Positions 9,901 to 19,346 of a stretch of DNA of 64,000 nucleotides are shown here, piece by piece. The first letter of the stretch is position 1; each line of letters opens with the position of its first letter. The notes under the pieces are model-generated. The model saw nothing but the letters and a program-made list of their open reading frames with translations, ran no database searches and was not told the origin of the DNA. Where the stretch lies: the NCBI GenBank assembly GCA_963666835.2, contig CAXXGO010000006.1:1536001-1600000 (forward strand), read 5' to 3'. Position numbers and translations under genes: made by a program. Source of the stretch: Phycisphaerae bacterium. Its GTDB lineage: Bacteria; Planctomycetota; Phycisphaerae; UBA1845.

Positions 9901-11449
9901 CGCAGGGCGGGTCGAACTTGTTTTCCGCACAGGTGGCATCCATGATCCAACGGGCCGACGGGCAGCCGATGACGGGAACATCGTCCCGGCAAATCGGATC
10001 GCGGCCGGGCTGCTCCGGCTGGTCCGGACAGCAGGCTCCGGTCGGAGCGTCACCGCGGCAATAGACCGCGATGTGGGCAATACCGGGAACGCCGGACCCG
10101 GGACGCACTAGTTCCCAGGGACCGGGATTCTCAGGATCGGTAACGTCCTGCATGCCGAGCCACACATCGCTGTTTCCGGCTTGGTTGCGCCCGACAATCG
10201 GTACCGCTACGTTACCCATGTTCGGCAACCAGTTGATATAGAACGGCTGGTCGTTCGTGTTGAGGAAGTGCCCCTCATCATACAGGAATCGGGCTACTGA
10301 CAGACTTCCCTCACCGCGCCCCTCGTAGACTTGGTGCATATCCTGGACATCGTCGCGTTCCGGCCAGGCGAGGTCGACGTCCAGGGTGAAGTCGCCGGCA
10401 TTGCCGATTACCCCGATCTCAACCGCGCTGATCTCGCACGAGATCGGCTGGGGAGTGCCCGATACGCCCGCGGAGCTCACAATCAGCTCGATATCGTCGG
10501 ACAGCAGAGTATGCGTGGGGTCCGGCGCCATCCAGAACTCGCCGCTATTCGACACCGCCCGGTAAGCCAGAAAGTGCGTCGGGCAGTAGTCGGGATCCTC
10601 GTCATCGAGAGTCCCGGGTACGGAAACCTGCGACCAGAAGCTGGAGTGCGGGAAGCGCGGATAACCACCGAGCCACGAGGTGCAGGGAGCGTACACGTGA
10701 TGGTACGAGTCCGCAGAATAACCCAATTCCGCCGCGTTTCCGGCAATCACGCCGGCCGTGTTGCTGTCGAAGCGATACTGCAGCCAGATCGTCGGGGGCA
10801 ACTGGGGCAGATTCTGCTCACAGATCGACGAGTCCGAGCAGTTCTGGTGTGAAACCAGGCACTCCGTCCCATTGGCGCAAATGCCGATGTCGCGGAAATC
10901 GACTTCGAGCTCGTGAGTCTCTTCGATGTTGTCCTCAAGGCTGTCGAACGTGAACTCGGTGCCCGCACCGAAGAGGTTCACGGCGTTGCGAAGACCCGGG
11001 CACCGATCCCAGACACTGACGGAGACGGAGAACTCATCGTCCCCGTCCTCAACTCCGCCGTTGACCCGGAATATGATGCGTTTCACACCGCACTCTGACA
11101 CCGCATCGGAACCGATATCGTCCGCGATCGGGATTCCGGTACCGGGGGCATATAGAAAGTCCCCGTAGGTGTTGCTGTATACTAACTTCTCGTCGGGATC
11201 ATCATCCCGCGTGGACGCGATCCCCGAGGATCCGTCGGCGTAGTGCCGAATCACCCTGGTGGTCTCCGGCAGTGGAGTAAGCGTACCTCTGACCCGGCCG
11301 CTTGCCCCGGCGTCTGCCATCAGGGCAGGAGCCGCCCCGGCAGTTACGCAAACTTGGTTTGGAACCGGATCCGCCGCATGAGCCCCTACCATCACAGCAG
11401 CGAAGACGCACACCGTTAAGCTGCACGTCCAAAGCATTCTTCTTCGCAT
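6965..11449 (-). CDS. large Cys-rich secreted protein with C-terminal dockerin-like domain
   Basis: Signal peptide MRRRMLW...AHA; many CxxDxDC and DCNxNGxPDEC motifs; paired GDVDGNKVVNAADL / DINRSGATNAEDI loops. Confidence 0.85.
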   Translation of the reverse strand: MRRRMLWTCSLTVCVFAAVMVGAHAADPVPNQVCVTAGAAPALMADAGASGRVRGTLTPLPETTRVIRHYADGSSGIASTRDDDPDEKLVYSNTYGDFLYAPGTGIPIADDIGSDAVSECGVKRIIFRVNGGVEDGDDEFSVSVSVWDRCPGLRNAVNLFGAGTEFTFDSLEDNIEETHELEVDFRDIGICANGTECLVSHQNCSDSSICEQNLPQLPPTIWLQYRFDSNTAGVIAGNAAELGYSADSYHHVYAPCTSWLGGYPRFPHSSFWSQVSVPGTLDDEDPDYCPTHFLAYRAVSNSGEFWMAPDPTHTLLSDDIELIVSSAGVSGTPQPISCEISAVEIGVIGNAGDFTLDVDLAWPERDDVQDMHQVYEGRGEGSLSVARFLYDEGHFLNTNDQPFYINWLPNMGNVAVPIVGRNQAGNSDVWLGMQDVTDPENPGPWELVRPGSGVPGIAHIAVYCRGDAPTGACCPDQPEQPGRDPICRDDVPVIGCPSARWIMDATCAENKFDPPCGTHQCCMPNGSCNDLTYDDCHALRAPNYDPVLCTTDDDCPGSRTCGILGECVGGSKEQQDCMTDADCNEPGETAGTCVGDVVPGECDLSRGHWAPGTFCGTDPDDECMIFQCYDAEGDCMDGPADFIFCPNGDSDCPDGRMCYTAPGQLPRCLMRAGCGNLRCCNAVCGIDPYCCNALDGGWDRGCASRANSMADLECLYPPLNDVCWDPEDEDVGAVEIEILDEDTEEACTQISESCEGLAVANNSGAKTYADDPGFCCNKAGLDNLGVGNIWYKFTAVHSSARINTCSTASFKQDSLLQIYEAGDDSSPQAACESLEIIGCDDDTPGCGSEGTMSDICVTGLSYGKTYYILLAGSTLAGEDAKGEFVLKVESPCPHSSLPPSGSLCELAQSVSAGTTSFSLQYADLDCPGEDDMPAMMNDIWFEHAASCIGNLDVRTCGLTPADEDPGTTLAVYCAPFGEENCPPDAVASAMNDESELNKTCSIGGQACEDADDCVLGCTGLGILCSSDDDCPGSSTCDLRLQAECSVSGGACFTDAQCTAGYCDGNESESCDTAVFEMRCTEGSVTYCPNGKDDCDYGAECEAYWPSCGWTVDGNETVAVHCIKDDDCEPATCDSDCAPASSVVAPVMLGDICKIRIGGEYGTEPAGDLTIACVPDDCNNNLLPDLFDIADGRSEDCNFNGNPDECDVNPSDPDGDGIVSEDCDGNGIPDECQITIDPEVICKECMRGDTRTGHRCSYDVNCKTCSGTGKYCTTSSDCPTGQTCESVEVCVTHSPCNAGHGFCTHNCSPDTNTNGIPDTCECGDGVVTWVDPTDGAVDARQPHPLMNAATAQGWDTFEVTAPSLGTDCWSICQTGGGANSIDSIVDLGGSYAIVLNDPVPAGEMIEITYQPMAGGSQTGSFFFLPGDVDGNKVVNAADLTALVGCLNSGTCDTWQTDINRSGATNAEDILRLIDLFNGAHEFDGWTGETVPSTCP

Positions 11450-12399
11450 CGTGTCCACCTCTGTTCCTCTGAATAACCCAACGCGAACTAGACAGCCCCA
11501 GCCCAGGCCCACCACCGAGCCGAATCCCAGAAACTACTCTGGATTACCTCACCTGGAGCCCCGCACGAGCCGCGCAATAACCAGCCCGCGCTTCGCAAAC
11601 CCCCTCAGTTTGCAATGCCCGACATCCCGTCGGACCTTGCATGAAATTACCCCACAATCCGACCCGCAATCTGCCGCACAACGACAGCATTACGTCCGAA
11701 AACGAACATTCCTCTTTCCCTGACGCCCGGGTATATAAACCCAGGCCACGGCCATAGTACCGATGAGGCCGCAAACAAACAAGACCTTATAGGCAAAACG
11801 GGGGAAATTTAAGTCCCCGCTTCGTGATAATGGGTGCTCTACGTCGTCCTGCTACCCTTGTCTTTCGGTCGGGACCGGCAAAATCCGCTCGATAACCTCC
11901 GCGAGAGCCAGCGGACACAATCGGGCGGGGCGGCCAACAGCCGACGACGCTCGGCAAACCTAAGTCGGCACGCTGGAGCAACCATCAACCCCATAAAGGC
12001 CCGTGCCACCGGCTGCAAAGGCCCCCAGCCCCTGCGAGAACCGGATTATCACACCTGATATTAGGCCTGCCCGTTCGGGGCAGTAAAGCCGAAAAACCGC
12101 CCTCGCCGACATTCCGTTGTCAGTGTACTAATGCAATAGGAGGGCGAGGTCTGCACGGTTGAGAACCGGACTTCCGGTGAAAGGAGTCAGCCGAGAGTCC
12201 CTCACGAGGATGCCGCCGAAAGTACACCTTCGCCCCAACGCACAACACGATCACCCCGCCAATCGCCCAACCTGCCCGAAAACAGGTATTTGCGAACGAT
12301 CGGCACACGTTGATAGGCGCACTTCGACCCATCACGGTCGACGATCGCAGCGCGCCACATCATCTATTGATCGGCGAGCTACGATCATCTCCGTAACAC

Positions 12400-12474
12400 T
12401 CGGGGCGACTGGATTTGAACCAGCGACCTCAGCGTCCCGAACGCTGCGCTCTAGCCAAGCTGAGCTACGCCCCG
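12400..12474 (-). tRNA. tRNA-Pro(CGG)
   Basis: Reverse complement CGGGGCGTAGCTCAGCTTGG...CAGCGTT-CGG-GACGCTG...GGTTCAAATCC...CGCCCCGA folds as a cloverleaf; no encoded CCA. Confidence 0.96.
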
Positions 12475-12962
12475 CAGGATACGCCGGTACTCTAATGGAG
12501 ATGACCCGCGACGTCAATCGGGCCGCAGATTAGGCGCGGTCTTGCCCGATAACCGGCCGGCCGAGGGTCGGCGGGCGGGAAACTGAGAGCGTAAATCCGG
12601 TTGCCTTCATCCCTGGTCGGTGGGGCGGTTATCGCTTGTCGCTTGACGCTGCTCCGAGCCCGCCGGGGCGTAGTCGGGTCGGACTCGTTGCGAATGCCCG
12701 GCAGGACAGTGCTTCTTGCGTGGCACTTTCTGGAAAACAACCCAAGGGAAACCCCGCGATCCCGGTGTACTGACGCATCAAACTGGTCTGAGTAATTCAA
12801 TATCGGCCGACACAATCCGATAAGCACGTCATCGATATGGGGCAAACGGAGCCCCTCGGTCACGGATTACGCTTCCGTTCGCAACGGCAGTGGTGTTCGC
12901 ACATTTCGTGAAACTGACGAGAAGAGAACGTTACATTTTCGAGAAGAAGGACGGTGACGAGT

Positions 12963-15900
12963 ATGCCCAGGTCAATCAAGTTCGTTAGTGCCGTAGTTGT
13001 GTCGCTTGGATTCGCATGCGCTACTCCCCAAGCTCTTGCTACGGATGTCTCCAGCAGCACGACCATGAGCGCTATTCAAGCGAGCGTGACCAGCGACGGG
13101 ATCATCGCCTTCACGGCCGATGCGACGCTGACCATGAACCAAAACGGTACCGGAGTCGCGTCGATCACGGTCGCCACCGGCGTCGCTGCGACGATCGACT
13201 TCGGATCGAGCAGCAACAACTACAAACTCATCTTCAAGAACGACGCCGGTGCCATTACCTTGTCCGGCACCGGCACGCTGACTATTGCCGGTACCGACAC
13301 CGGCAGCGGATTCGACTTCTCGACGACCGCCGCCAGTAAGACGCTGACCCTGACCTCTTCAACGTCCGGGACCTTCAGCACGGCCGTTGCCTCCAACCGC
13401 TTCATTCTGGGTAATGGCAATACTCTGAAGATCGCATCCGGCGGTACCCCGGTGATCTACTCGGTCGTAACCGGGGGAACCACGACGATCGACGTCGACG
13501 CCGATGTCACTTTCACCGCCTTGACCAACGCCGGGGCAACGGCAACGACCATTGACATCGCCGACGGTGTAACCGCAACGGTTACCACGCCCACGCTGTC
13601 GACGGCGGTTACCCTCAACGGAGCCGATACCGACTCGGTGCTGGCGTTTACCAACGCCGGAACACTCACCGGGACGATTACCGCCACGGGTTCGGCGGAG
13701 TTGCAGGTCGGCGGAGCCAGCACGATAACGTCAATCGACCATAACGCCACGGCGCTGGTTCTGGACATCAACGAGAGCGCGACCATTACGACCCTGGACA
13801 ACGCCGGAGGTACGGCCACCACCGTCGATATCGCGGCCGGCAAGACTCTCACGGTCACCACCGCCACGCTTTCACATGCGTGGACCCTCAATGGAGGCGA
13901 TACCGACTCGGTCATGGCCTTAACCAACGCCGGGACGCTCACCGGAACCCTGACGGCCACCGGGTCGGCGGAACTCGAAGTGAACGGGGCGAGTACGTTT
14001 ACCTCAATCGATCACAACGCCACGGCGCTGACTTTTGACATCAACAATGACGTCACCATGACCGCGCTGGATAATGCGGGGGCGAGTGCGACCACCATCG
14101 ACATCGCCGACGGTAAGACGCTCACGGTCACTACCGGCACGCTGACCACGGCGGTCACCGTTAACGGGGCGGACACGGACTCGGTGCTCAAGTTCACCAA
14201 TGCCGGCACGCTCACCGGGACGATTACGACGACCGGGTCCGCCGAGATCGAAGTCGACGGCGCGAGCACGATCAGCTCGATCGATAACAACGCCACCGCC
14301 CTGGTGCTCGACATCGATAATGATGTGACCATAACAGCCCTGGACAACGCCGGGGCGACCGCCACGACCATCGACCTCGTGGCGAGCAAGACTCTGACCG
14401 TTACCACGCCGACTCTGAGCACGGCGGTAACGGTAAACGGGGCGGCCGCGGATTCGGTGCTCAAGTTCACCAACGCCGGAACGCTTACCGGGACGATTAC
14501 GGTTACCGGGTCCGCCGAGATCGAAGTCGACGGAGCGAGCACATTCACGTCGATCGATCACAATGCCACTGCCTTGACGCTAGACATCGACAACGACGTG
14601 ACCATTACCGCGCTGGACAACGCCGGGGCTTCGGCGACAACGATCGATATTGCCTCAGCCAAGACCCTGACGGTAACCACGCCGACGCTGAGCACGGCGG
14701 TGACGGTCAACGGAGCGGCCACGAGTTCGGTCCTGGCGTTTACGAACGCCGGAACGCTCACCGGGACCATTACGGCTACGGGTTCGGCGGAAATCGAGGT
14801 CGGGGGAGCGAGCACGATCAGCTCGATCGATCACAACGCTACGGCGCTGGTTCTGGACATCAATGAGAGCGCGACGATTACGGCCTTGGACAACGCGGGA
14901 GGCAGCGCCACCACCGTCGATATTGCCGACGGCAAGACTCTCACCGTTACCACCGCCACTCTCTCGGCGGCGTGGACCCTCAACGGAGCCGATACGGATT
15001 CGGTTATGGCGCTGACCAACGCCGGGACTCTTACCGGAACTCTGACCGCCACCGGGTCGGCGGAACTCGAAGTAAACGGAGCGAGCACCTTCACCTCGAT
15101 CGATCACAATGCCACGGCGCTGACTCTGGACATCAATAACGATGTCACCATGACCGCCCTGGACAATGCCGGAGCCACCGCCACCACGATCGATATTGCG
15201 GACGGTAAGACCCTCACGGTTACAACCGGAACGCTGAGCACCGCGTTCACCCTGAACGGGGCCGACACGGATTCCGTGCTCAACTTCACCAACGCCGGTA
15301 CGCTTACCGGGACCATCACCACCACGGGATCCGCGGAGATCGAGGTCAACGGAGCGAGCACGATCAGCTCGATCGACAACAACGCCACCGCCCTGGTGCT
15401 CGACATCGACAACGATGTGACGATCACGGCGCTCGACAACGCCGGGGCGACGGCCACGACCCTCGATCTCGTGGCGAGCAAGACCCTTACCGTCACCACA
15501 CCGACTCTGAGCACGGCGGTGACGTTCAACGGGGCGGCAACGGATTCGGTACTCAAGTTTACCAATGCAGGGACCCTTACCGGGACCATAACGGTTACCG
15601 GCTCCGGCGAAATCGAAGTCGACGGCGCTAGTACGTTCACCGCAATCGACAGCAATGCCACAGCGTTGACTCTCGACATCGACAATGACGTGACTATCAC
15701 GTCGCTGGACAATGCCGGAGCGTCGGCCACGACCATCGACATCATCACCGGCAAGACCCTTACCGTAACCACGCCGACTCTGAGCACGGCATTCACGGTA
15801 AACGGGGCGGCCGCGACTTCGGTTCTGGCGTTTACCAATGCCGGAACCTTGACCGGGACCATGACGGTCACCGGTTCCGCCGAGGTTGAGGTCAACGGCG

Positions 15901-18900
15901 CAAGTACGTTCACCTCGATCGATCACAATGCCACGGCATTGACTTTCGACATCAACGAGAGTGCAACGTTCACCGCGCTGGACAACGCCGGGGCTACGGC
16001 CACAACCATCGACGTCGCCGACGGCAAGACCCTTACGGTCGCCACCCCGACGCTCTCCACCGCGTGGACTCTCAACGGGGCCGCCGATGACTCGGTGATT
16101 GCGTTCAGCAATGCCGGAACCCTTACCGGGACGATTACGGTTACGGGCTCGGCGAAGATGCGGATCGGCGGAGCGAGCACGATCACCTCGATCGATCACA
16201 ACGCCACGGTTTTGACCATCGATGCCGACGAGACCGCGACCATAACCGCGCTGGACAACGCCGGGGCTACGGCGACCGCCATCGACATTGCCGACGGCGA
16301 GACTCTGACGATCACCACCCCGACCCTTTCCACGGCCTGGACCTTGACCGGAGCGGACACCGATTCCGTTCTGGTCTTCACCAATGCCGGAACGTTGACC
16401 GGCACGGTAACGGTCACGGGATCGGTGGAGTTGGAGCTTGACGCCGCCAGCACGGTTTCGTCAATCGACAACAACGCCACATCGTTCACCGTGGACGTCG
16501 ACGAGAGTCTGACCATCACGGCGCTGGACGGTACCGGAGCGGCCGGGACGACAATCGATGTCGCGTCCGGAAAGACGCTTTCCGGGACGATGACCATCGG
16601 TACGTCTACACTTGTCTTGACGGGCACCGGCACGATCGCTCGAGTCGACGCTACGACCGGAACGGTGTCGGACGACGGCGGCTCAACGATCAGCGATCTG
16701 CGGGCGCTACCCGGCGCCGGCAACACGTTCACCTTCACCGGGACCGGGAATTCCACCATCACGACGTTGGCCAACGCTCTTACCGGAGCAGGTAACGTCT
16801 TCAACAAGAACGGTACCGGTCAGGTCACCATAACTTCCGGGTTGACCACCCTCTTCGACAACGCTGCCGGGGTGTTGATCGATATCGACGGCGGGACCGT
16901 AGTCGTAGGTGCCGCCGGCACGAACGACGACATCACGTTCGACGATGACGCCGATGAGATCACGGTCGCCAGCGGCGGGACTCTGACGACCTACGGTTCG
17001 TTTACCGTCGGGGCCGCCGGGACCAACGTGAACCTGGATGCGGCCGCGGGCTCGACCGTCAACCTCAGCTCGACCGGCGGGGCGGAGACCATCACGGCCG
17101 CGGCGAATGACGACTTCCACCTGCTGGGGACCGTGAACATCAACGGTTCCGATGGTGACTACACCTTGGCAGGCGGAGCGTTCATGTTCCAGCTCAACGA
17201 CGTAAACGTCAACACCACCGGTTCCTTGATCATGACGGCGGATACGGCGAAGATCGACTTCTCGCCGTCCGCAACCGTCACTTTGACGGGTAGCGCGACT
17301 CTGACTCTCGGCGCCGCGGCCAACGGTAACGAGGTCGTACTTGATACCATCGGTGATACCGGCACGTTCACCATAGATCGCGGCGAATCCGGAGTGATTA
17401 CTTTCAATCACATTAGCCTGACTCGAGCGACCTACACCAGTTCCACCGGTTGCCCGGCGGAGGCCGACTCGATCACCCTGACCAATATCGACTTCGTCTC
17501 CGACAACACCAACTGGGAGGGCGCCTGCCCGAGGCCGAACGGTGGCGGCGGAGGCGGTGGCGGCGGCACCACCGAGGACGATACTGAGGACAGTACCGAC
17601 GATACCGCGGACGACACAACCGACGATACTACGGATGACACTGCTGACGACACCGTCGACGATACGGCTGACGATACGACGGACGAAGCCGACGTGGTCG
17701 GCGATGACGGTACCGCCGAAGTCGGCAACGAGGAGGTTGACGTAGTTGTTGATGGCGTGGACGAAGGTACGGAAGTGACCCTCGAAACCACGGACGGCGA
17801 GACGACCCTCAACATCGGCGAGGATCTGACCGTAACCGTGGACGGGTTGGATGAAGGTGCCGAGATCGACGTTGCTATCGACGACAACGGCGATCAAGCC
17901 CTGGTCTTCACGAACGCCGACGGAACGGAAGCGCTGGCTCTGGAGGTCGAGGGACTTGGAGTCGGTTCTGACATCGACGTGTCCGTCGACGCAGAAGGCA
18001 ACCAGACCGTGACGCTGACCGACGCCGACGGGAATGCGGCTTTGGCCCTGGAGGTGGACGGGCTCGGAGCCGGAGCGGGGATCATCGTCTCCGTCGACGA
18101 GGCCGGTGACCAATTCGTCGTTCTTACGGATGCGAGCGGGAACGAGGCTCTGTCGCTCGAGGTCGGCGGCTTGGCTAATGCCGGCACGATCGACGTTTCG
18201 GTTGACGATGAGGGTGACCAGACCGTGGTTCTCACGGACGCGGCGGGAATGTCGGTCACGCTCGATCTGAACTCCCTGCCTGACGAGGCGGTTGTCTTCG
18301 CCGGAACCGACGACGAAGGCAACATTCTGGTTGACGTTGCCGACCCATCCGACGAACGGGCCGGAGTCGCCATCATGGCTCCCGCCGGCACCGGGGATGC
18401 GACGTTCGTCGTTACGTACGATGAGGAACCGGAATCGACCCCGGCGGGCAGAGTAGTACCTCTGATACCGGGTCTGAAAGACGAGCTCGCCTATGGCGGG
18501 ACCGTGACAGTTGCAGCGAGTGGATTGGCGTCAGGCGCCGTGGTTACCGTAGCGCTGAGCTACGACGATGAGGACGTCACCGAAATCGATGAGTCCGAAC
18601 TGAGACTCCATCGGTTCAGCAACGCCGACGGTAAGTACGTTCCGGCCGGCGCCAATGACGTCGGAGCCGTCGAAGCGACGGGCGTACTGGACGACTACGG
18701 CGTCGACGTCGACGCGAACGAGGCTTGGGTAGAGACTCAGACTCTGGGGAGTTTCGCCATCGGGATACCCGAGGATGAGACGCTCCCCCTCGTCATTGAC
18801 GACGGGACCCGAAGCGGTTGTGCAAGCGGCGGAGGCATGTGTGGCGCGTTCGGTATGCTCTGCCTGCCCATGACCGCACTTACCCTGCTGAGTATGCGAC

Positions 18901-18920
18901 GACGCACGCGCCGTCGCTAG
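12963..18920 (+). CDS. giant Thr/Ala/Gly-rich surface protein (adhesin-like) with ~11 x 91-aa repeats and C-terminal GC-TM-RRR tail
   Basis: Signal peptide; 273-bp repeat period over ~13528-16530; acidic linker; ends GCASGGGMCGAFGM...RRRTRRR. Confidence 0.9.
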   Translation: MPRSIKFVSAVVVSLGFACATPQALATDVSSSTTMSAIQASVTSDGIIAFTADATLTMNQNGTGVASITVATGVAATIDFGSSSNNYKLIFKNDAGAITLSGTGTLTIAGTDTGSGFDFSTTAASKTLTLTSSTSGTFSTAVASNRFILGNGNTLKIASGGTPVIYSVVTGGTTTIDVDADVTFTALTNAGATATTIDIADGVTATVTTPTLSTAVTLNGADTDSVLAFTNAGTLTGTITATGSAELQVGGASTITSIDHNATALVLDINESATITTLDNAGGTATTVDIAAGKTLTVTTATLSHAWTLNGGDTDSVMALTNAGTLTGTLTATGSAELEVNGASTFTSIDHNATALTFDINNDVTMTALDNAGASATTIDIADGKTLTVTTGTLTTAVTVNGADTDSVLKFTNAGTLTGTITTTGSAEIEVDGASTISSIDNNATALVLDIDNDVTITALDNAGATATTIDLVASKTLTVTTPTLSTAVTVNGAAADSVLKFTNAGTLTGTITVTGSAEIEVDGASTFTSIDHNATALTLDIDNDVTITALDNAGASATTIDIASAKTLTVTTPTLSTAVTVNGAATSSVLAFTNAGTLTGTITATGSAEIEVGGASTISSIDHNATALVLDINESATITALDNAGGSATTVDIADGKTLTVTTATLSAAWTLNGADTDSVMALTNAGTLTGTLTATGSAELEVNGASTFTSIDHNATALTLDINNDVTMTALDNAGATATTIDIADGKTLTVTTGTLSTAFTLNGADTDSVLNFTNAGTLTGTITTTGSAEIEVNGASTISSIDNNATALVLDIDNDVTITALDNAGATATTLDLVASKTLTVTTPTLSTAVTFNGAATDSVLKFTNAGTLTGTITVTGSGEIEVDGASTFTAIDSNATALTLDIDNDVTITSLDNAGASATTIDIITGKTLTVTTPTLSTAFTVNGAAATSVLAFTNAGTLTGTMTVTGSAEVEVNGASTFTSIDHNATALTFDINESATFTALDNAGATATTIDVADGKTLTVATPTLSTAWTLNGAADDSVIAFSNAGTLTGTITVTGSAKMRIGGASTITSIDHNATVLTIDADETATITALDNAGATATAIDIADGETLTITTPTLSTAWTLTGADTDSVLVFTNAGTLTGTVTVTGSVELELDAASTVSSIDNNATSFTVDVDESLTITALDGTGAAGTTIDVASGKTLSGTMTIGTSTLVLTGTGTIARVDATTGTVSDDGGSTISDLRALPGAGNTFTFTGTGNSTITTLANALTGAGNVFNKNGTGQVTITSGLTTLFDNAAGVLIDIDGGTVVVGAAGTNDDITFDDDADEITVASGGTLTTYGSFTVGAAGTNVNLDAAAGSTVNLSSTGGAETITAAANDDFHLLGTVNINGSDGDYTLAGGAFMFQLNDVNVNTTGSLIMTADTAKIDFSPSATVTLTGSATLTLGAAANGNEVVLDTIGDTGTFTIDRGESGVITFNHISLTRATYTSSTGCPAEADSITLTNIDFVSDNTNWEGACPRPNGGGGGGGGGTTEDDTEDSTDDTADDTTDDTTDDTADDTVDDTADDTTDEADVVGDDGTAEVGNEEVDVVVDGVDEGTEVTLETTDGETTLNIGEDLTVTVDGLDEGAEIDVAIDDNGDQALVFTNADGTEALALEVEGLGVGSDIDVSVDAEGNQTVTLTDADGNAALALEVDGLGAGAGIIVSVDEAGDQFVVLTDASGNEALSLEVGGLANAGTIDVSVDDEGDQTVVLTDAAGMSVTLDLNSLPDEAVVFAGTDDEGNILVDVADPSDERAGVAIMAPAGTGDATFVVTYDEEPESTPAGRVVPLIPGLKDELAYGGTVTVAASGLASGAVVTVALSYDDEDVTEIDESELRLHRFSNADGKYVPAGANDVGAVEATGVLDDYGVDVDANEAWVETQTLGSFAIGIPEDETLPLVIDDGTRSGCASGGGMCGAFGMLCLPMTALTLLSMRRRTRRR

Positions 18921-18942
18921 GACTCAGCGCACTTAGGCCTTC

Positions 18943-18998
18943 GAGCGGTGCTGCGGCCGGTCCCTCCGATGACCGGCTTCAGCGCCGCTCCCTTTTTT
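18943..18998 (+). terminator. rho-independent terminator
   Basis: Long imperfect hairpin GAGCGGTGCTG..GCCGGTC / GACCGGC..CAGCGCCGCTC followed by T6. Confidence 0.75.
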
Positions 18999-19346
18999 AT
19001 GTACCGAGGGATAGATTCGCCCCCCACCCCGTAGCGCAGGATTCCAGCCTGCTGGAGCGAAAGCAGGGTGCCCCGTCCTTCGCCCTGTGTTGTGTTGCAG
19101 CGGAAAGAGGGCCTCGGATACGGGTGGGGTTGCGGCGCAGGCGCTATCCGCCGGGCGAAGGGTGGGAGACTGATCGCCGAATGCCAGCCTTTCGCGGAGT
19201 CTTATCCGTCCCCCACCCATTCCGGCGGCGAGTTAACGTGGCAGGGTGCCCCGTCCTTCGCCCTGTGTTGTGTTGCAGCGGAAAGAGGGCCTCGGACACG
19301 GGTGGGGTTGCGGCGCAGGCGCTATCCGCCGGGCGAAGGGTGGGGG

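Noticed and set aside
12055..12095. Hammerhead-like CTGAT...stem...GAAA
   Set aside because: Core reads CTGATAT rather than CTGANGA, and flanking stems are not evident
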